A DNA stretch of 64,000 nucleotides from Kudoa neothunni. Its lineage: Eukaryota > Animalia > Cnidaria. How positions within the stretch are numbered: position 1 is the first letter of the stretch; every line of letters starts with the position of its first letter. Of this stretch, positions 37,919-51,582 are shown piece by piece. The DNA is taken from positions 14,565,907 to 14,629,906 of the forward strand of contig OZ199838.1 in the NCBI GenBank assembly GCA_964304625.1. Direction: 5' to 3'. The position numbers and the translations under genes were made by a program. The notes beneath the pieces were generated by a model. The model did no database searches and had not been told where the DNA came from. It saw only the letters and a program-made list of their open reading frames with translations.

Positions 37919-39100
37919 AGCGTATGATCTCGTATAGATGTTTCCCTTAGTTTTGCAATATTTCGCCCGTATAATTCAACCAAACTCAATCATTCATTTC
38001 TTTAAATATTTTATTATCATTTAATGCAATAAAAACCATGAGCTAAAATTGACCATCAAATCGCCCAAAGTATAGTTTTTTCGTATATCGTTGTTTATTC
38101 TACTTTTTCAAATTTTTATTCAAAAATTATAAAATACTATATTTTTTACAAGAATAAATCAGATATCACTTGTTTATATTCCTATATATAGAAAATTTTT
38201 AATAAAATATTGTCTGAGGTTAATTGGACCCCAGAAACGGTCCAAAAATTAATAAATGTTTTTATCTGAAATAACACAACCTTATATTTACAAATAATTG
38301 GACTATTGAAAAATAGCTGACCTTAAATCATTTAAAATACTTTACAAATATTTACCAGATTTCTATTAATTATATTATTGTGTCAATTTTAAGGGCTTCA
38401 ATATTAATGTTTATCGCATGAAACTATGGATTTTTATAACCTAATTAATTATTCTATACGTTAATAAACAGATTTAAATTATAAACCAACACTTTTTACA
38501 TTTACAAAAATTTCAGTGTTAAAATTTACAAGTAATTAAGCTTATAGAATAGATTATTTCACATATTAATGTCTATCAAAAAATTTTTAAACTAAAAAAA
38601 TGTACGTTCAATCAAAATATAAATTCCATTCATTGTTTCATTTATTACACAGTAATGAAATGAAAATATGCTGCCTAAATATCGAGCTACATTGTAATTT
38701 ACTTATTTACTTTTAATGTTCCACGAATACTAATCAAAATTATTCAAAATCACTAATACAATAAGCCACATTAATTATCTGAAAACATATTATAATTTCG
38801 ATTGCATATTCCTACATAGTAAAGATATGGGGTGAATCTGACTTTAATCGAAATAAAATTTGATCGCAATTTTGAAGTTATTTATTCGTGCTTAAATTTT
38901 GTTGCTTAATATTCCTTTTTTACGAATAACAACATCTTACTTAGAGGAACAGAAAAAATGTAGTAACGACTTCACTGCATTGTTCAATTATCACATGCTT
39001 TACCATTATCGCTGTCAGCCGAGATATGATTATCCGTTGAATCTCTGTAACTTTTTTAACCTAAAATCACGTTTCCGAATAAGGAGTTAAAATATAATTT

Positions 39101-40200
39101 CAGTAAGGTCTCGATATAGGGTAATAAGCATTTTTTTAAAATTTCTTCATTCAACATTGTAAAATTTCCGATGTATATACTCTTTTACTTTAACTTTGTA
39201 TCCAAAAATATGAAATAATACTTATTTGAAGCAAATTTGAACAAATTCGGGGTTCTGTTACCGGGTAGTAGTTATTTCAAATTTAATCCGATCAAACCAC
39301 TAAATTACACATTCGAGCGTTCGGTATACTGAGAGAAGGAAGAAATTTTGACTAAATATTGAAATTTTTTATATTGTCTTTCAATTCAATCAATCTGAAA
39401 TTCTGATAAATGACTATAGAGTGCCACAGAATATCATATAGCCTGTTATTGTGAGTTTTATTCAAATTAGAATAGGTTATTCTTCTCTAAATAGAATTTT
39501 GTCTAATAAATCTGAAATAACGAATTCCAATCTTGCTTATACTCCCAAAGATATTACAAATGCGAAATATGCCCAACTTGAAATTGAGTTATATGACCGG
39601 ATAATGTTAGAACTTCAAAAAAAAAGGAAAATATTCAAGAGTTTTCAATCATTGAAAAATAAAATATTATTGCTGAAGATCTTGAAATTACTGGTTTCAG
39701 TCGAAGAAAAGATTGGTTGGAGAATTTTAAGACTCGCGTAGGTTTTAAAAGTTCACTTTCCGGGGAGAAGCGAGGAGCGTTGATGATAATATTGTCTATG
39801 TTTTGGTATGCAAACTTTATGAGGTAATAAGTAGGCAAGAAAAAAACATATTAAATCGCCTTAAGAAAAGTCCTTTTTTATGAACAATGGACCCAACGAA
39901 CATATGCAATCAAGAATGTGTAAAATTAACATGAAATGAAACAATCACAAAACCCGTAATTGGCTTATAAACTGCTTAATTTACAGGGGAAACTTCCCCA
40001 CATAGTGTCGTTTGTTAATTTAAAGATAACCACCCTTGTGAAGGACTGAATGATCTACCTATTGAATATTACGATGAAAAAAATGATTGGATGTCTTCTA
40101 CTATCTTTTTGACACTTTAATAAATCTAGATCAAATATTCGCGAAAGAGAGGAGGAAAGTTGTTATAATGTTAGATTGATGTCCCTCACATTCTTCATTA
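39101..40200 (+). pseudogene. pogo/Tigger (CENP-B-like) transposase remnant
   Basis: HTH fragments (GYSSLNRIL, KYAQLEIELY), DLPIEYYDEKNDWMSSTIF (40052-40108) and RRKVVIMLD*CPSH. A CAGT end at 39101 is tentative. Confidence 0.75.
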
Positions 40201-41084
40201 AATAATACAAACAAAACAGATAATTTATCCGTTAAAAAATAAAAAATTTATTCCATGGCGCACGTGCAACGTTCGATATTGGGCAATAAAAACCCGGGTC
40301 CCCATTTAATGTGCAATTTCGAGATCCTACTGTAATGTTATTTTAAATTTTCAACTCTCTAAAAATAATAATCCATGATTTAGAAATAAAAACGAAATAT
40401 ATCTCGCAGGCGAACTCACTACTAAAATTGATTCCGATGTAATTTTTATATTGGATGCATACAATGAAGATAGTAAATTACTTATTCTTTACAGGATCAA
40501 TGGACTCTGCGAATTATACCTATGCGGGGATTATACTATAAGGGTTCGGGTTTATCTGGAGTTAATAAGGCACTCAATATCCAGGGCCGACTTTGTTTGG
40601 TGATCATCGAGATTGCGGGACCTATTATGGTAGATAGAGGGCCCAGAATTTATTCAAGAAATCTACACATAAACTATATTATTATTCGAAGCTATAAAAA
40701 CTTGCATCGTAAAATGATATTAATTTATTCGTAAAACCAAAAAAATATTAAAAATACGAATAGAGTAGATTGATAATCCCCGATATTAGCCGATAACCGT
40801 GGAGAGTGTAGATTAATAATTTAGGTACTATCTTTATATCAAACGACTAATTACTCATTTCCTTGAAAAATAATTGATATATTTTTTTCAAATTACAAAA
40901 TGTGATTGATAATGTATTTTTGAATTTTATAGAATGATAATAAAAAAAATTTTGCCGAAGGGGAATTAAAATATAAGTATAAATATTTGGTAATAATAGT
41001 TATTACGATCAACTTTTAATGGATGATAGGATACTTGTGGATATTTAAGAGTCCCTGAATCTAGTTGCGCAGGCGTGTTTTCAA

Positions 41085-41897
41085 ATGGTCAAAAGGTATG
41101 TACCAACATACGATTTTTCCCCTGTAAATATCCGAGACATTGATATCAATCTATTGACTCACGTTTCTGGTTGCAGTGACGATGAGGTTGATAGTTTTCT
41201 TGCGACAGATATCAACCAATCGTCACCAACGCACGATTTAAACCACTGTGACAGATGCACAGGTGATATTAAATTGATTTCACGTGATTATCATGTATAA
41301 TTTACATCAAATAGATGGGGATGGAGTTGTTAGAAATTTATTCGGGTCCTGTGACGAAATACCGACCGACATGAATTCACTCGATTTAGGTGCTTTGATG
41401 AAGCCGTCTGCATTATCAAATGGTATATTTTAATTCATTTCAATATAATTATTACAATATTATTGTTAGTTATAATATTAATTATTTCCTATTTTTTTAT
41501 AATCATTTTTTTGTGTATTAATAATGTATTAGTAGCTTTGGATGGAGGGACATTTAATGAGATTAATTATACAACAACAACAACAACAACAACTTTTTAT
41601 CATTTTCGAAGAAATAACAGTCTGCCAATAATGTTGGATGACGACTTGATGCCACAAGGCCACATGGATCGGTTTGACGGCGAGAATTCATGGTTTTATA
41701 AATATGTAGGTCTGTATGGTATGTCGGCAATACCAGGTGCCTATGAGTATCGTGATTATATGGTGAAAGAATTTTACAGTCCAAAAAAGTCATCGACAAA
41801 CCATTCAGCTTGTTGTAAAAATGTTGGAAAAGCAAGGGTTACGAAAGTTACCCCATGTTTGAACGCTGCTGCTATCTTGGAATCAGATTTTGACTGA
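41085..41897 (+). CDS. Hypothetical three-exon protein
   Basis: Coding-like ORFs 41085-41300 and 41463-41897 plus a middle exon (DGDGVVRNLFGSCDE) bounded by GT/AG. GC motif just upstream of the ATG. No recognised domain. Confidence 0.5.
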
Positions 41898-42542
41898 TTT
41901 TTGTTAAATTTTTATTTTTGTATCATTGGTTATTCGCGTATTTGTCGAAACATTAGAATGTATGCGTGTTAATGATTATCACCTGATTTGTTTATTAATA
42001 AATAATTAATATTTGCTGTTTTTTCCATCGAAACAACTCTTATCTTAATACAATATTTGTGGAAATGTCTACTGCATCTACATACATTTATGTACATCGG
42101 CAGACATTTATATATATATATATATATATATATCCACATACATTTATATACATCTACATAGATGGTACACTAAGTAGGGATTAAGCGTATTAAAGGGGAC
42201 ACCTTTTGGAATAATTAAGTTTTTATATATGGGGGCTACATTCGATGATATAATACTGTGGTTTTTGATTACAGCAGATCATACAAGTATTCGTATATTT
42301 TTAAATCAGATTTACAGTCGTATGTGAATTCTGTGAGAACTCCGTTGCTAATTGTGATAATCTACTTTAGGGATTTTAATAGTACACTCTACTTTATTGG
42401 TTCCATTGTAGAAGGTTGATATTTCGAGTTATTTCAGTTATTGTATCTGAGCGTGTGTTCACTAAGTGATGTGAGTAGTTGGTTTTTACTGCTGTCATCC
42501 GATACTATAAACAATAATCCACTTAATAAAGGACCAAAAAAT

Positions 42543-45327
42543 ATGCCACAAGATAGAATCGATCAAATACACACTTTGAATAACTCCTCCACCAATACAC
42601 TATCAAAGACGAATGCCTCACATACAAGAGCCGACTCCAGCAACAACACCTATCACTCTAACAACTCAAATGATAACGAATCGATAGATAATCTAGAGTA
42701 ATTATTGATTTTCGTTGGAGGGTGTTTGGAAATTATAGCTTATACTTACAAGTAATAAAGTATAACTAAATATAGGTGCTGTGTGTGTGAAATAAACATT
42801 GAATATAATTTCTATCGGGTTCAAAATATGTACTATTGTCGGGATCATTACAAAAATGCCGTAGGAAATTATTGTATTGGATGCGAACAAGCTGATGTGA
42901 AAGGTCCAATAATAGTAATTGAATTATTTCTCTATCATCCATTCTACATTTGATGATATAATGACATAATGAGGGGGATGGTTAATATTTAAATTATAAA
43001 AAGGTCAATTGTTTACTCGAATAATTAAATTATACTTTAGAAAATAAATAATATTGATGTGCATACCGAATGCTTTGAGTGTTCTATTTGCTATAATTAT
43101 ATCGATCAAAACGACGCTTATTCGCTTTATGATAATCAGCGTTTGATATGGTATCTATATAGTTAGCATTTATGATTTCCATAATGTTAAATTGTGATAG
43201 TTCTAAATGTATGATTTCATTGGATATATTGAATGAACATCCGAAATTACCCACTTCTGAATCCACTAGCAACTCCCCACATCATTTATACTTTATCAAA
43301 TATTACACAAAGGATTGGTGTGAAACGAAGGGGGCTCAATTCAATGTCGAGTTAACACCAATACAATTCTCACACAAAAGCACCATTTCTACCACTATCG
43401 CTGGAGGCTTTAAAAAAATGACTCTATCGAACGATCTTTTAAAAGACTCTAATTTATTTTTATGTAATGTTTTGTGAAATCAATCCCACAATAAATGAAT
43501 GTGTTTTTAGCATCTCCAACACAAGGCTTACATGTTACCAAGTAGATTTGAATGTATTTTGTGGGATATTTATTGAGGTGTTGATCGAGATTTGAATCAC
43601 TGAATAAAGTCACCAAAAAATTCCCTCCGATACTGGTAAACGACGTTCTAATCATGGTCAATGATCTACCATGTGTCGATGAAAATTCCTATTTGGTAAC
43701 TCACCAATCCTTGTGTTAATCCCTATTATATCCCATATTTATGTGAGTAGATAGGTGAAATTTTAATGAAAAAATTTCCTATTGTAAAAGTCATATATTT
43801 GTTACGAGTGGTGGGGAGTAAAATTTTTCCACACCCTCCCGACACTATATCCTCGAGAAAGACCTCTACTTCCAACAAAGAAAGCAAATCCCTCCTTTCC
43901 AGTCTCGGCGCCAAATCAAAAAATGTAAGAATCAAATATTTCCTATACTAACCAAAGTCTCAATTAAAATCGATTAGAAAAAAAGTCCCAACGTTACTGG
44001 CAGTAATTCTTTGCTCGATTTGAGATTTTCCCCAAAAAATTCCATCCTCAATGAATCCACCATTCCAAGGTCATCGGCCACCCTTTCCAATGAACAACAT
44101 GTAGATAAGTTCGACCATATGAGAAACAAATCTGACGATATTTTGTTCAATTGTTACGCTCTCACCACTAACGCCAACAAAAGATTCTCCTATCGATTCC
44201 ATAGGTAATTTTGTTGGGTGTAATGATATTTGGTTTGTTTGAAAGTAATTTTGTTACTCTATTAAGAAATTCCGCTCACAGCTTGGTTCAAAACAATCTC
44301 GAAAGATCTCAATCTCAAACACTCTATCACAATCATGGTCAAGTGTTCACAGAAAATGATCTCATCTTCAAAGAAAGCCTTGGAGAAGGGTTTTTTCGGA
44401 AAAGCGATAAAAGTAGAAAAACTAGCCATTTGATTGTGATCAAGTTTATGTGTTTATGTTCATTTCCAAGGTTATGAACAAACACACTCATGAAGAATAC
44501 GCCATGAAAATCTTGAAAGTTGTTAACAACCTCACGTTGAATAATTTCAGAAAAGAAGTATAGTTGATTCTGCCTTTAATCCATTGTGTTATTATGTGCT
44601 TGTTAAACGCTCCTCGTTGTAGGTACAATTGATGAAAAGCGTCAACCACCCAAATCTAGTCAAATTTATTGGTGTTATTTTAACACCTGAAAGCATAAAT
44701 GTGTTAATGGAATTTATCAGTGGAGGTACGCTCAAAAAATATATTGAGTCTATACGAAAAAATACCCAACCCATGTTCACTCCCCAACAACTGTACTCGA
44801 TGGTGTTAGGAATGTCTTCGGGAATGGTATTTATTAGATATACGGTTACCGCTCTCATTCGGCACTTGCCTACTCAGTCAGAGTTTTGTAATTTTTTAAG
44901 CTTATCCATGAAACCTTCTTAATTTTTCTAATATATTTAATCTGAATTGTTCTATCTCATTAAATTATTGCATAATAATGTTTTTCATTAATAGAATTAA
45001 TATAACTCTTTATTTTATAAATTTATTTTTAGTTTTTTTGATTTTATTGATCTCAAAAAATTAAATAATTCAAATTCTATTCTTAAGTTGGATCAGATAG
45101 CTTAGTATGTAAAATAAGAAAATGTTTGGCTAGAATTTGATAAAAAATGATAATATAGATGGGTAACATATTAATCCCAAATATAACGAATTGTTAAAAA
45201 CTTAATATGATAATGTAAGAATATTATTTTAATTAAAATTTTCAAATGTGATTTTTTTGTTTCAAATTTTGCGTTTGATTTTCATAACCTCGCATATATA
45301 CTGTAAGACCTATTTGAGTTTGAGAGT

Positions 45328-45367
<40 letters not shown>

Positions 45368-48300
45368 GTAATTGTATGTTTCGTTAACAAAATTTATTAG
45401 GCTTATCTTCATTCGAAAAATATTGCTCATCGGGATCTTACATCATCTAATTGTCTCCTACAAGATCATAAAGTAATTTTTAACTGTTTATTGTAAATCC
45501 ATTTAATTATCCAAGAAATTAAAGGTGGTTATATCTGATTTCGGTCTGTCAGAAGTTATTACCCAAAAACACACTAAGTATATGCCTAGTTTAAATTTTG
45601 GTCATATTATATTATTTTTATCTCCGAAATAGGTTGGCAGTAGTTGGATCGCCCTATTGGATGGCTCCTGAAATGCTGAACGGTAACTTTCCACAACTAT
45701 TATCGATGTTTTTAGACCTGATCGGTGATCAGTGAGAGGATTATATTTTGTCAGCGGCTACATGAATAGAATTACGTCTCAAAGAGCTTCATTTATTAAT
45801 GATTTTATTTTCAAGTTAATAAAATATATGTAAATTTATTTAAATATTCTATATAAGAATATTCAAATTAAAAAGTCATGAATAATTTCGTCTTTTAATT
45901 ATTATAACGTTAAATTATGATTGAAAATCTTTTACACATATTATTTAAATATATCTATTAAAGTGTAATCCATTTAAATAAGACCTTTAAATTATTGAAA
46001 AACATTGTGAAACTAATCATATAATGGTAACGGTATACTCACCTCAAAATTTTTGATGAGAATGGGGTGGAAAATTCAAATTTTATTCTTAAATTGCTAT
46101 GTTATAATTCATTATAATTTTGTATAATTATCAATTATTTATGCAAATACACGCAGAATAATATCGTTAGACTTAATCTTCGCGACTTTCGTACAAATGA
46201 TGAGCAATCAGTATATTTCCCTTACAGTGGCGATTTAATTTTATAAAATCGACCAATTATCGTATTAGTTAATTAAAAAGTAACTTTAATTGCCATAAAA
46301 TCTAATACTAATTCTATAAAGAATTTGTTAAGTTTAATGCTTTTCTAGAATCTTGAGTTTATGATTCGGTGATTTCGTTCGAAGAAATATTTCTTAATTA
46401 TATTCTTTGACTCAAACAATGTTAATCGATTTATTAAATTAGATAAATCGACTAAATTACAGTACACGTGTGATTTTCGGAGGTAACTTTTTCGCTCTCG
46501 GAAAAATCGGATATATTTTTAATTTGCGAATATATTCATTATATATTCAGGGAGAGTACTAAACTCCTTTTTTAATATTTTATTTTAAACATTCAGTCAG
46601 ATATATGGTCGCCCATATTCTATGGTATCTTATCAATGAAATTCCGGTATTTTCGTTTGAATGTTCCTCAAATATATTCTAAGCGAATTGTATAACTTAT
46701 CACAAAAGAAATGAACCATCTTTAATGGATAGAAGTTCCATAGATTAATCTCAAATATTTTAAATTGTTGTAACCACGCTAATCGTCCGGCCGTAAAGTC
46801 GAACCCAACTTGACATTATCTAAAATAATATTTTCGAGAAATCATCTGCGTCAAATCTTTTCAATTTTTAAGAAACTTTTCCTTCTTCGTCAATTCCACC
46901 TATCATTATTTAATATTACTGATCCGTTAAAAGCTCCCCACACAGTATTTTCTTGCTGAGAAGGTGGTTCATCAATTTGGCGGATTTTTTCTTATTCCCC
47001 AATTTCACTGGGTTTTTCATCTAATTTTAAAGTCATTATGTTCCCAGAAATTGAAATTAATTCTAATATTGTTGAATTTGTTGATATATATATATATATA
47101 TCCAAATGCTTATGCAAAGCTTCAAAGGCCATATTTAGATGATGGCATCAATCGCAATAAAAATTATCCACAAAGAAAGCCTCTACATTTCAAATATTGA
47201 CTTATTTTGAATGAAACATCTTTTCTTGTAAACAATGCACCTGAATAGGTTCTCGTTGTCCACATCCTCCCGAACCGTCACGTACATATTCTCGCCATAC
47301 ACACGTGTATAAAATGATACAAAAATCCCCCATTTTGGAAAAATTTGTGTAATATATTCAAGGTGAAATCGAGATTAATCATAATCAAACATTGAAATGT
47401 TTCAGTACCTTCAAGTGCGAATATTTTTGCAAAAACCATACTTATATATATGAATTTTTTGAATGATTGCGACAATCGACGAAGATTCCACGTATACTGT
47501 AATTTAGTAAAATTCTCTTGGTATCAGGAAATCATTAATTAATATTAAGCACATTTTTACAGAAACAACAAGGAATATTGCGTGTTTTTTATTTGTTTGA
47601 GGATTAAAGATTTAAAAATTACCACCCTCACACTTACTTGTACACTAATACTAACAATTAAAACTTTTTAAAATTCATTTTAATATTTCTTTCCAAATGC
47701 GTAAATCTAAAAATTACTCTGAAGAATATAGTGTTATTATATTTCGAGAATGACTAGAAATTTTATGCATAAATATAACTTTGATCAGTGGATTAAAAAA
47801 TGGTTGTTGGTTAGTGGTCTAAAAACTAATCGAAATCGTAAATTGTTACTTTTATTATTTTAACCACATGGCGGTAATAATTTGAAATGAATAAATTACC
47901 ATAAACAAAAAATATTCATAGAGCAACGAATCGGTGACATACTTTTATAGCAATTAAAATTCGTCTCAGGTCTTGTTGATGCTTCCATATTCTAATCTTT
48001 TGTTTGAATTATCCCTCATTACGCCCAATGAATCATGCTAAATTTTCCAATGCACATTTTTCTATTTATACTTTATTAGAAAAATATACGACGTTAAAGT
48101 TGACATTTCTCATTTGGCATCATAATTTGTGAGGTAATACTCCAGATATTTTAAGAACAAATGTGTAAATATCGTTTAATCTGTTTGTTTAGATAACCAC
48201 TCTTTTGGACGCTAGTCCTGATTATCTTAAAAGAAATAAAGTAGCTCGATTGAAAATCTAATTTTTTTAATTTTTTTTAGGATTTTAGTCTCGATATTGA

Positions 48301-48526
48301 CAGCTACTTGCGGGATCCTCCAACCGAATGTACCACCAAAATTGTCAAATCTTGCTATAAAATGTTGTGATATGGATCCTAACAAACGGTACTATCTCAT
48401 ATATGATATTACTTCACTAATGAATCCTTTTACACATTTAGTCCACTATTCTCCAATATCTATAATACTGTTTCATTGGAGTATGATGTTTTCGAGAATA
48501 AAATCAAAAGAAAAAACAAGAAATAA
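42543..48526 (+). CDS. LIMK: LIM domain kinase (LIM-LIM-PDZ-kinase), multi-exon
   Basis: Exons CCVCEINIEYNFY...YCRDHY...YCIGCEQ and HTECFECSICYNYIDQNDAYSL...ICSKC match LIMK LIM domains. PDZ-like VNDVLIMVNDLP. Kinase motifs GEGFFGKAIK, HPNLVKFIG, HRDLTSSNCL, DFGLS, VVGSPYWMAPE, SPDYL and DMDPNKRP. The start is uncertain. Confidence 0.9.
45332..45363. repeat. (TA)n microsatellite in a LIMK intron (others near 42109, 47085 and 52304)
   Basis: Direct reading. Confidence 0.9.
46600..47300 (-). pseudogene. Heavily decayed Merlin transposase inside the long LIMK intron
   Basis: IMIGGIDEEGKV* and LDNVKLGSTLRPDD*RGYNNL match the GS-x-I-x-T-D-x-W-x-x-Y block. Boundaries approximate. Confidence 0.6.
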
Positions 48527-48597
48527 TGAATATAAATTAAAATCTAGTTGTAAAAGTGTTTTTAGTGTGATAAAAAATATGTAAACATTCTTCCTAT

Positions 48598-49094
48598 CTA
48601 ACTGTATTGTATCCAATAACAAACGATGTTAGATTTTGCTGATATAGAAAGCGTTATTCTTGCGGCATTTTTTTGTTCGTCATTGCATTCTATAGTTGCA
48701 CCGAAAACCTTAACTTTTTCGCCTTTCTCCTTAAGTATGTCTTCAATATTTCTAATAGTTACATCAAATGATGGGATGAGTAGACTTAATAAATTAATGA
48801 GAAAATGGCCGTTACATTTTCGAATCAGAAAACCATCCTTTATTGTCAGCCATCAAATGAAATTTTTCACAGCCAACACACCTAGCTAAAACCACACCTT
48901 TAGTGTAGGAGTGTTTAGAAAATTTGACCGAATTTCGATGACCGCACACAGTGCATGTGAAATCGGCTTGTATAATGTGTTTATTATCGGCTTTGATTAT
49001 CAATTGTTCAAATTCCGATAATAGAAAAGCTTTGACGAACTCCTAATTTTGATATGTTACATAGTTTATTAGTGGTGTGTACAAGAGAGCGCAT
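48598..49094 (-). CDS. DNLZ: DNL-type zinc finger protein (Zim17/Tim15/Hep1)
   Basis: FTCTVCGHR...FSKHSYTKGVVLARCVGCEKFHLMADNKGWF, intron, then NIEDILKEKGEKV. The start is uncertain. Confidence 0.92.
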
Positions 49095-49133
49095 CACCTC
49101 ATAAATTATTGTGCGCGTGCGCGATATTATTAA
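49095..49133. promoter_or_regulatory. Putative minimal bidirectional promoter DNLZ/C9orf78 with NRF1-like motif
   Basis: 39 bp between the candidate divergent ATGs; tgcgcgtgcgcg at 49112-49123. Confidence 0.55.
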
Positions 49134-49990
49134 ATGAAAAAACGACGTAGACCAGCCAATCTCAGAACATTGTCGTCTTCCGCTTCATCACAAGCAAAAC
49201 AGCATCATATAGAAAAGGAGGAGGATGAAGATATTGATCAAACACGAATAAGAGCAATAATTCAGCACAAAAAACTCAATTCTGATAAAAGACACAAAAA
49301 ATCACCTCTATCGGTCGATACAATCACAATGAATAATGATGGTTATAATAAAAACAGTGAATCAGACGAGAAAATTGATCAGCTGAATAATTTTTCGTCT
49401 ACTTTGGAGACAAATGAAAAATCTGACCAAACAGAAACTACTCGCAGAAATTACACTAATCTAGACAACAACTTTGTTCAGGCTAGTCTCAAATCAAAAG
49501 AGGAATTACTAATGATGAGATATGTCGAGGACCGAATTCATGAAGCTATTCAGAACAGCACAGCAAACGTTTCTATTTCTGGCGCGTAATTTTTTCGATG
49601 CGCTTTTAATGGCTTGCTCAAATAAATTTATCTAGACATGAATATAAAAAAACTCCCATGGATGATCTTATTAGAAATGCTCCCGATTATTTGAAAAGTG
49701 TTAAAAAGACCAAAATCAGCGAAGACATGCTTTCCAGCCAGATGTTGACTGGCATTCCTGAAGTCGATCTTGGAATCGAATCAAAAATCAAAAATATTGA
49801 AGCCATGGATCGAATTATGGCCGACATGAATCGACAAAAATCTCAAGAAACTAAAAAACAACCTTCAATTTCCACCTCTTGTAACCCGTATTTTTCAAAG
49901 AGGTTTCTCCCCACAACCACCAACCAAATCCGAATCATTCAGCAAAAAAGCGTTGATATTCTCGTTCAGATCTGTTACGTTTTTAAATAA
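49134..49990 (+). CDS. C9orf78: Splicing factor C9orf78/Tls1 (Hep59 family)
   Basis: RRPANLR N-terminus, MMRYVE, and SEDMLSSQMLTGIPEVDLGIESKIKNIE. One intron lies between the two ORFs. Confidence 0.9.
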
Positions 49991-50399
49991 TTAAATAGTT
50001 ATAGTATTGTATATAATTGTACATTTGTTGATGTGTTGGATTTTTTCGGCTTGAAATTCTGTGTTATATGCATTGTTTATTAAATCGTAAAATTAATATT
50101 GTGTATTTTTTTTAATAAAGTTAACTATAAAAAATTTATTTTTTGTGATAACAATAAATTTAAATTAGTAAATTAATTGTTTATTGGCGTGCTTAACGTT
50201 TTAAGTGCACATCCCAGCATAAGCTTAACTTGAAGTTTCTGTGAATAATATAACGAATTCGAGACAATTTTTAGGACGACCAAAAATAATTTAAAAAAGT
50301 ACAACTAAATTGACAAAATAGAGATTTTTTTATCTTGGAATTAAAATTCTGAAACGTTATCAATTTAAAAATTCCATAATTTTTTTTATCCTGTATATA

Positions 50400-50564
50400 C
50401 AGCTGAACCTAGATTATCCAGAAATAGCGCTATCTGGAAGATATTTTAAATTTTATTTGAGTTTTATTGTAATTAAATGTTGATAAATGTTCAATTAACC
50501 GAAACCTCCCTATCGGAAAGAAAATCGCTGGTCCCAAATTTTTCGGATAATCGAGGTTCGACTG
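50400..50564. mobile_element. pogo/Tigger-type MITE
   Basis: TA|cagctgaacctagattatcc ... ggataatcgaggttcgactg|TA; 17/20 TIR match with TA TSD. Confidence 0.85.
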
Positions 50565-50984
50565 TATAATGATTCTTTTAGGGTCAAATTTAGTTGGAAT
50601 TATTAAGAAAAATCAACTGTATAACCTATTTTGCCGAAGTCTATTCAAATCAGACAAATAATATTAACGCGCTTATTATATTGTTTATCTATTAAAATTA
50701 AATAGAGAAATAAATCTAAAAATGATGGAGTGATTTTTTTCTGATATTTGATCATCAAAGTATTCATTGAACATTGAATAGAATAAATTAACACGAATCA
50801 ACTGTAAATTCTTTTTTGAATGATTTAACTATTTAAACAATTTAAATTTAAAAAAGATATAAATGATAAAATTTGAAGTAATTATTTTAGTTTGCATATC
50901 GAGCACACAACAAAAACAATATATTCAATTTGAACACACCCTACATAATAAGAAATTCATTTAATAATTAACATCTTTTTATAG

Positions 50985-51582
50985 TTAATTTGATAGCAAT
51001 TTAACTTCGCAACCAAGCGTATCGGTGAATTCCGTCGATAGGAGCTTGTCAGTTCTACGCCACTTTTACCACATATCCATTGATGAGGTTGTTTCGAGTT
51101 GTCCACTGAGTTTAAGATCGAAATGTTTGGGACCACTGATAGGGGACGACAACCACAATTGTTTCGCAGCGCGTTGTCTATTAATCACATATTGTCCCAA
51201 ATCTTCAATGTCAATAGTAAGCATTCCATCCTGAAAAAAAGAATCAACAATATTTGCCGGTCAATCAATATTTACACCCAAATTAACGTCGATGTTTGGT
51301 ATATTATCATGTGACGACATTATATTATCAACAGACTCCGCTATTGAATGGATCGTATCTTCTAGATGATTGTAATACACAGAATCAACATCCGACTTAT
51401 TGTTTTCTTGGTTTAAATATCTTCGGATGGGAAAATTGCTTGGAAAAAAATCAGATAACTTAATTTTATTCACGGAATAACTCAAATCACTGGCGTAACG
51501 CTTTGTGGTGTTTTTGAAATAATATTGTATAATGCCCACCGAATGTCAAAAAATTGCGACCATAAAGCTTTAGGAAAGCCAT
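50985..51582 (-). CDS. FXN: Frataxin
   Basis: After an intron: [38 protein letters not shown]. An acidic helix 1 lies upstream. Apparent single-base frameshifts near the N- and C-termini. Confidence 0.9.

Noticed and set aside
50985-51110. Stop-codon readthrough or alternative genetic code in frataxin (in-frame TAA)
   Set aside because: Two compensating single-base indels restore a frataxin-like [11 protein letters not shown], and other genes end normally on TAA, TAG or TGA.
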